A stretch of 64,000 nt of DNA from an uncultured Aeromonadales bacterium (GTDB lineage Bacteria; Pseudomonadota; Gammaproteobacteria; Enterobacterales; Succinivibrionaceae). Numbering within the stretch: position 1 is the stretch's first letter; every line of letters begins with the position of its first letter. The stretch spans positions 9,535 through 73,534 of the forward strand of contig CACWLF010000002.1 of the NCBI GenBank assembly GCA_902761645.1, written 5' to 3'. The position numbers and the translations under genes were made by a program. Shown here piece after piece: positions 58,645 to 64,000 of the stretch. Below the pieces are notes generated by a model. That model was not told the DNA's origin. It made no database searches and saw only the letters and a list, made by a program, of their open reading frames with translations.

Positions 58645-58686
58645 AACAAAAAATGAGATCCTGTTTTCGTTTGATCTCATTTTTTA
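58645..58686 (-). terminator. rho-independent terminator after pdxA (hairpin also flanked for the plus strand)
   Basis: AATGAGATC (58652-58660) / GATCTCATT (58673-58681). The minus-strand reading ends in TTTTTTG and the plus-strand reading in TTTTTAT. Confidence 0.7.
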
Positions 58687-58735
58687 TCCAATTGCTTCAA
58701 CTTAAATAAAAATGCATGTTTACTGCAATTTGTTT

Positions 58736-59749
58736 TTAGTTTTTGCCAGCAAATTTTGCATTTACCATGTCTATGGCATATTCAATTGCCGTAAACAGAC
58801 TGCCGTGATCTGCAAGACCTTTACCTGCAAGATCCAGCGCAGTGCCGTGATCTACGGAAGTTCTGATAAAAGGCAATCCCAGTGTTACATTAACTGCTTT
58901 TCCGAAACCGATATATTTAAGTACCGGCAGCCCCTGATCGTGATACATTGCCAGAATTGTATCGGCTTTTTCCATATATTTAGGCTGAAACACCGTATCT
59001 GCAGGCATAGGACCGATAACTTTAATACCCTGTTCCTGAAATTCTCTTAACACCGGAATTATTGTTGTCAGTTCCTCCGTACCGAGATGACCGCCTTCGC
59101 CCGCATGAGGATTAAGTCCGCATACGTATATAACCGGATCTGCTATACCGAACTGATTTTTAAGATCCTGATGAACAATTGTAATTATTCTGCGCAGCAA
59201 ACCTTTGGTAATGGTTTTTGATAAATCCTTAAGCGGCAGGTGAGTTGTTGCCAGAGATACACGAAGTCCCCTGGTTGCAAGCATCATTACAACTTCTCTT
59301 ACCTTGGCATAATCTCTGAAAAATTCGGTGTGACCGGTGAAAGGCAAACCTGAATCTCCGATTATCCCCTTGTGAACAGGTCCGGTTACAACGGCCTGGT
59401 ATTCACCGCTCATACAGCCTCTTGCGGCTTCACTCAGCATGTTTATAACATACGGGCTGTTTTTTACGTTAAGCTGACCAGGTACAAGTTTTGATGACAG
59501 GTGAATTGATTTGTATGTGATTATACCCTTTCTTGAAGGTTCTGCCGGCTTGTCGGGATTGTATTCAACAAATTTAACTTCTTTTCCGATGGCTTTTGCG
59601 TAGATTTTCAATACGGACAAATCTGCCAGCACAACAAGCTGCACCGGCCAGTCCTGATCCGCTATTGAAAGACAGATTTCCGGTCCGATTCCGGCGCTTT
59701 CTCCCGATGATACTACTATTCTATGAACCTGATTAGTCATAATATACAT
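58736..59749 (-). CDS. pdxA: 4-hydroxythreonine-4-phosphate dehydrogenase PdxA
   Basis: GESAGIGPE, GHTEFF, NPHAGEGG and SVDHGTALDLAGKG motifs. surA-pdxA-rsmA order. Confidence 0.95.
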   Translation of the reverse strand: MYIMTNQVHRIVVSSGESAGIGPEICLSIADQDWPVQLVVLADLSVLKIYAKAIGKEVKFVEYNPDKPAEPSRKGIITYKSIHLSSKLVPGQLNVKNSPYVINMLSEAARGCMSGEYQAVVTGPVHKGIIGDSGLPFTGHTEFFRDYAKVREVVMMLATRGLRVSLATTHLPLKDLSKTITKGLLRRIITIVHQDLKNQFGIADPVIYVCGLNPHAGEGGHLGTEELTTIIPVLREFQEQGIKVIGPMPADTVFQPKYMEKADTILAMYHDQGLPVLKYIGFGKAVNVTLGLPFIRTSVDHGTALDLAGKGLADHGSLFTAIEYAIDMVNAKFAGKN

Positions 59750-59805
59750 TCCTTTCTATGTTCCACGGTGACAATTGGCCGGGAGCAAAAAATATTCCGA
59801 TTGCG

Positions 59806-61152
59806 TTAAGACTGATTTTCCTGTGTCTGCTGAAATTCCGGATCTATAATCTTTATATAACTGTTATTGCGCAGTTCGTTGATCCAGAGAATCAGTTCAT
59901 CATTGTAGCGACGTTCAAAAAGCATCTGATAGGCACGATCTTTCAGTTCCGTATTGGAATCGGTATCAACCTTTTTGTCCACCAGCTGAACGATATGCCA
60001 GCCGAAAGACGATTTAAACGGTTCGCTGATTTCTCCGTTCTTCAATGACAAAGCAGTCTTCGCATAAATCGGATCGAAAATTTTCGGATTTGCCCAGTTC
60101 AAATCACCGCCTTTAACCGATGTTGCCGGATCTTCGGAATATTTTCGTGCCATATCGGCAAAATCAACTGTTCCGTTTTCAAGATCTTTTTTGATTTTTC
60201 GTAACTGAGCAACAACCTGTTCATCAGAAAGAACGATTGTAGGCTTAATCAGAATATGACGGGTTTTAATACTTATATCAGGCTGATATGCAGTTCCCTC
60301 GATGTCCTTAACCAGAATTATAATATATCCGGTTTCTGTGCGCTTCGGACCGATTAGATCTCCTTTTTTTGCATTTGAAACGTTTTCCAGAAATACGGTT
60401 GGCATACTGTCAACGCTCATTTTTCCCCAGTTTCCGCCTTCCGCAGAGTGCGGATCCTGACTGTATTTCATTGCAAGAGATGAGAATTTTTCTCCCTTCT
60501 TCAGTCTGGCTGCAATTTCATGAGCAAGGTTCTCAGTTCTGGCGATTTCCTCAGGAGTGGCAGACTCATCAACACGGAGAAAAATACTTGATATATCATA
60601 TTTGGTTTCGACATTGTGCTGTTCTTTCAGTATCTCCATGGTTTTTTCTATTTCCTGATTGGAGATCCTTACGCGTTTTTTTACGCTGATATGCTGAAGT
60701 TCGCTGATTAACGCTTCTTTTTTGATTTTTTCGCGGGTCTGTAAAGGAGTCAGTCCTTCTGTCTTGAAATAATCCTCATATACCTGATTTACAGTTCGGT
60801 TGGACATTTTGGCAACAGATTCGATAAGCTGATCTGTTTCCATATCACTGATCTGTACACCCATTTTCTCGCCAAGCTGGGTAACGAGTGATGCGTTTAT
60901 AAGCTGTTCCAGCACCTGTTTTTTTATAGTATGATCGTCAGGAATTTCCTGTCCTTTAGGTGTATTGCTCTGGATATGTTTTTTGTACTTTATAAAAGCT
61001 GCATTAAGGTCGCTTTCCAGAATAACTCCGTTGTTTACTACCGCCTCTACGCGATCAACTGTCTGTGTCTCGGCATATGCCGGAGTTCCAAATCCTAAAG
61101 CGCATGTGATAATTAATGATGCCAGTACTTTGTTTTTTATCGTTTTTTTCAT
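59806..61152 (-). CDS. surA: periplasmic chaperone / PPIase SurA
   Basis: Signal peptide. N-terminal chaperone domain VDRVEAVVNNGVILESDL. Two parvulin domains. Between lptD and pdxA. Confidence 0.92.
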   Translation of the reverse strand: MKKTIKNKVLASLIITCALGFGTPAYAETQTVDRVEAVVNNGVILESDLNAAFIKYKKHIQSNTPKGQEIPDDHTIKKQVLEQLINASLVTQLGEKMGVQISDMETDQLIESVAKMSNRTVNQVYEDYFKTEGLTPLQTREKIKKEALISELQHISVKKRVRISNQEIEKTMEILKEQHNVETKYDISSIFLRVDESATPEEIARTENLAHEIAARLKKGEKFSSLAMKYSQDPHSAEGGNWGKMSVDSMPTVFLENVSNAKKGDLIGPKRTETGYIIILVKDIEGTAYQPDISIKTRHILIKPTIVLSDEQVVAQLRKIKKDLENGTVDFADMARKYSEDPATSVKGGDLNWANPKIFDPIYAKTALSLKNGEISEPFKSSFGWHIVQLVDKKVDTDSNTELKDRAYQMLFERRYNDELILWINELRNNSYIKIIDPEFQQTQENQS

Positions 61153-63510
61153 TTAATTCTCCGATAAATTGAAAGGTCTTGAATAAGGCAGCAGTCGTGT
61201 ATCAAGATTATCTGAGATATCCTTGGCTCCGAGAGTTGCCAGACCTTTCATTTCAAATTGCAGACCGAACTTGTTGTCTTTTTCAGATACCTGTCTCTTG
61301 TTATCAGGTTCATTAACCTGTTCCGCATAAACGCTGAATCTCCAGCAACAGTCCTCGTATCTTAATTTTACAATTTTATCTATAGCATGTTTCTGTTCAA
61401 GATCGTGATAATATCCGAGTACAACGCTTAACCGGTTTGAAAAAGCGTATCTTGTCAGGAATCCAAGCTGTTTCATATCAATAATTTCATTTTTGAACAT
61501 TGTACGGTTTCCGTCTTTGGTATAGCGGTAATTAATCTGCGCAAGCAGATCGTCATTGTTGTATTCAAGAACGCTGGATGCTCTGTACAGATAATGATCT
61601 TCCGTGTTGTAGATGAATGAACCGTTGTACAGTATACTGTTGGTCGGTTTTAAATCCAGACTTCCGTTTAAATATGAGCGGTGACGGTTGTTATCCTTGT
61701 AGTTGGGATACAGTTTAACCTGACCTTCCTTGAGGTAGTAAGCCATGCCGAGAGAGAATATTGCGCGTTCAACACCGAGTCCGTCACTGATTTTTGAAAC
61801 AAAACCGAGGCTTAAACGGTTGTCATCTGAAATGCGATCAACACCGGCATAGCGATTGTCGTCAAAAATATAGAAATAATCCTGAATAATGTTGGTGGTA
61901 TCGTAAAGTCCTATGCGATCCTGATTGCGGTATGGCGCATAATAGTACTGAATAATCGGTTCCAGCGACTGTGAGAATGAATGACCGAAAATACTGAAGT
62001 CATTATCCATTATCAGACGGGCCTGAATCTGGAAAGTCGGAACAAAACGGTTTACTGTCGGATCGATTTTGTCAAAACCGCGACTAGTGTAATACCATAA
62101 AAGACTTCCTCCTTCCATTTCCTGTTCATAGTGAGTGAACATAAAACGGACATTGCTGTCCAGCTGAAAGAACGGCTGCTGAATAATCGGTATCTGAACC
62201 TTTGACTGAAGGTGGTATCTTTTACCTTCGTAATTTCCTGCCTGCTTGTTTTCATCGGAATGTCCGAAGTTTGCATATTCAAAAGTGTTGTACAGACTGA
62301 ACCATGGAAGCGGCACGAAATTTTTTACGGTAAACTGAGGCAGCATTTCAAAAGGTTTAACTGCTGTATCAATCAGCATCTGATAGTTCAGTGCATTCAG
62401 CCCGAAAGTTGTAAATTTAAACGGCTGGTAGGTTGCGCCGAAACTCTGAACAACCTTGTCAGTCGAACCGGCGGTATTGCTGTAGTCGTTAAAGTAATTG
62501 TAGTCTTTTTCCTTAACTTTGTTGTAGTTTATGCCTACGTTAAGGGTTCCCTGGAGAAAACTTGAGCGGTGATCCCAGTGTTTGTACCAGCGGTGCCCGT
62601 CAATATAATTGAATTTTTCTGCATATTTATCATTTGCGGTATATTCATATATAATATTTCCGGCATCGGTAGGAGTCAGCATATAGCGGAATTCGTTTTT
62701 CAGATGAAGACCTCGGTGACCACGCCATGTCGGAGTAAGAGTGTAGTCATAATTCGGAGCTATATTCCAGTAAAACGGAGCAATAAATTCAAAACCGTTT
62801 CGATGACCGTATCCTGCCATAGGATAAAGAAAACCTGTTTTGCGTTCGTTTCTGATAGGAAAGTTAATATACGGGAAGTAGAATACCGGAATATCGTACA
62901 GCCACAGCGAAGCATTCCATGCCTCGCCGAATACCTCGTCTTCGTCCACATCCACGGTAGATGCTTTTAATTTCCATGTTTCCGAATTTTCAGCACAGGT
63001 TGTGAAAGTGGCATTTTCCAGATGATATGTTTTTTCCAGCTGATCATAATCTGCCTGTTTTGCATCGCCTCTCGCGGGTGAACTGTGCAGCTGATATTTG
63101 GGATTGCTTACTTTAAGAGTTTTCTTATTGACCGACGTCTCGACCTCAGAGGCGTCACGAATGGAAATATATCCGTCCTGATAGTCAATATTTCCATAAG
63201 CATTGAATTTCTGATTAATTCGGTTGAACTGGGAATAATCGGATTTTAATACCCTGTTTCCCTGAGTGATTTTTACATTTCCTTTGAATGATACGTGATC
63301 CTGATCCGAGGTGTTGGCCTCGTCTGATAAGATATCTACAGGAGTTGTTCTACTATCGAATTCACGATTATCAACGTCGGGTACACCTACAAAACACTGT
63401 TTGTCAAAATGCCTTGAAAACGGCATTTTCTTTACAGCTTCCGCCTGAGCGCTGCAGTTTAGGCAGGCTGCCATGATTATTAAAAATGATAGTTTGAACT
63501 TATAAGACAT
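61153..63510 (-). CDS. lptD: LPS-assembly outer membrane protein LptD
   Basis: Signal peptide, N-terminal OstA/LptA-like domain, large beta-barrel rich in aromatic/Gly strands. Directly upstream of surA. ATG 63510 preferred over the track TTG 63522. Confidence 0.93.
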   Translation of the reverse strand: MSYKFKLSFLIIMAACLNCSAQAEAVKKMPFSRHFDKQCFVGVPDVDNREFDSRTTPVDILSDEANTSDQDHVSFKGNVKITQGNRVLKSDYSQFNRINQKFNAYGNIDYQDGYISIRDASEVETSVNKKTLKVSNPKYQLHSSPARGDAKQADYDQLEKTYHLENATFTTCAENSETWKLKASTVDVDEDEVFGEAWNASLWLYDIPVFYFPYINFPIRNERKTGFLYPMAGYGHRNGFEFIAPFYWNIAPNYDYTLTPTWRGHRGLHLKNEFRYMLTPTDAGNIIYEYTANDKYAEKFNYIDGHRWYKHWDHRSSFLQGTLNVGINYNKVKEKDYNYFNDYSNTAGSTDKVVQSFGATYQPFKFTTFGLNALNYQMLIDTAVKPFEMLPQFTVKNFVPLPWFSLYNTFEYANFGHSDENKQAGNYEGKRYHLQSKVQIPIIQQPFFQLDSNVRFMFTHYEQEMEGGSLLWYYTSRGFDKIDPTVNRFVPTFQIQARLIMDNDFSIFGHSFSQSLEPIIQYYYAPYRNQDRIGLYDTTNIIQDYFYIFDDNRYAGVDRISDDNRLSLGFVSKISDGLGVERAIFSLGMAYYLKEGQVKLYPNYKDNNRHRSYLNGSLDLKPTNSILYNGSFIYNTEDHYLYRASSVLEYNNDDLLAQINYRYTKDGNRTMFKNEIIDMKQLGFLTRYAFSNRLSVVLGYYHDLEQKHAIDKIVKLRYEDCCWRFSVYAEQVNEPDNKRQVSEKDNKFGLQFEMKGLATLGAKDISDNLDTRLLPYSRPFNLSEN

Positions 63511-64000
63511 GTCTATTTCCAAGGTCTAAAAACATCGTAATTCTATCACAAAAGTTGCTTTTTTACTAACAGGGATTGATGCGTAATACTCAGGTTTCAC
63601 TGTAAACCCGCCGGAATTGATTATTGTCGTAATCTGGTACTTTGCATGGCTCCATGTATCGGGCATCCAGGGGCCAAAAATGATTATGCAACTCTGGTTT
63701 CTCGCATAAAATCAGAGTGGAAAATTTATGCGCATACTGTACGATGCGTATTATATACAATGCGTTTTTTACTTTAAAATCTTGTTTTTTTTGCAAACCG
63801 ATGACCGCAGAAGAAACTGGAAAAGGCTGCAAAGAGATGACCATGCGCGGAGCACTACCGAAAAAAGACCGGTGTGTTTTTTGAAAAAAATATTGTCAAG
63901 GCAACCATTACGGATCGTTTTATCGGTGTACCATCAAAAAACATTTTTTATTTAATGATATAATCTTACAGCGGAAGAGTAAAAAACTATGATTTAAGAC

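Noticed and set aside
63801-63884. 27-codon ORF MTAEETGKGCKEMTMRGALPKKDRCVF upstream of lptD
   Set aside because: It has no SD and ends inside the terminator-like hairpin. It is kept only as part of the broader finding on this spacer.
63560-63980. Possible CsrB-like sponge RNA, because about 8 GGA motifs occur in 400 nt
   Set aside because: This is only about two-fold above the base-composition expectation. The motifs are not regularly placed in hairpin loops, and the density is far below real CsrB/RsmZ RNAs.
63989-63997. ATG at 63989 downstream of the extended -10 element, considered as the start of the next gene
   Set aside because: The frame reads ATG ATT TAA, a stop after two codons. 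The real downstream gene, if any, begins beyond the window.

Overview
AT-rich gammaproteobacterial chromosome segment, densely coded, made of several blocks whose gene order matches the E. coli / Aeromonadales-Vibrionales type. (1) recA-recX-alaS-csrA-tRNA-Ser(GCU)-tRNA-Arg(ACG), then serB. (2) A minus-strand stretch: unknown membrane protein, M23 endopeptidase, HU, an 814-aa dual-PilZ protein and yfiC, divergent from srmB. (3) dsbD-rdgB-hemW, a DUF2799 lipoprotein, groES-groEL, a PAS-GGDEF-EAL protein and a YgjP-like protein. (4) mrcA divergent from pilMNOPQ-aroK-aroB-damX-like, then rpe-gph-trpS-argD with no dam gene where E. coli has one, then crp. (5) An acyltransferase, then a type IV pilus minor-pilin operon fimT-pilV-pilW-pilX-pilE plus a 1778-aa PilY1-like protein. 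(6) modF, a small lipoprotein, slyD, rplU-rpmA-obg-folA. (7) apaH-rsmA-pdxA-surA-lptD on the minus strand, with no apaG. I found no transposase, integrase, prophage, CRISPR array, restriction-modification, toxin-antitoxin or other recognisable defence or mobile module, and no clearly novel multi-gene system. The items most worth a second look are the giant PilY1-like protein and its rearranged minor-pilin operon, the internally duplicated dual-PilZ protein, the ExeA-like P-loop/SPOR fusion in the damX slot together with the missing dam, the 39-bp tandem repeat in the SlyD tail, and more than 470 bp without a convincing ORF upstream of lptD. Protein calls rest on motifs and recalled similarity to well-known E. 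coli / Pseudomonas proteins, not on a database search. Where the ORF track started at an upstream TTG/GTG, I moved the start to the ATG that best fits the known N-terminus or a Shine-Dalgarno sequence.
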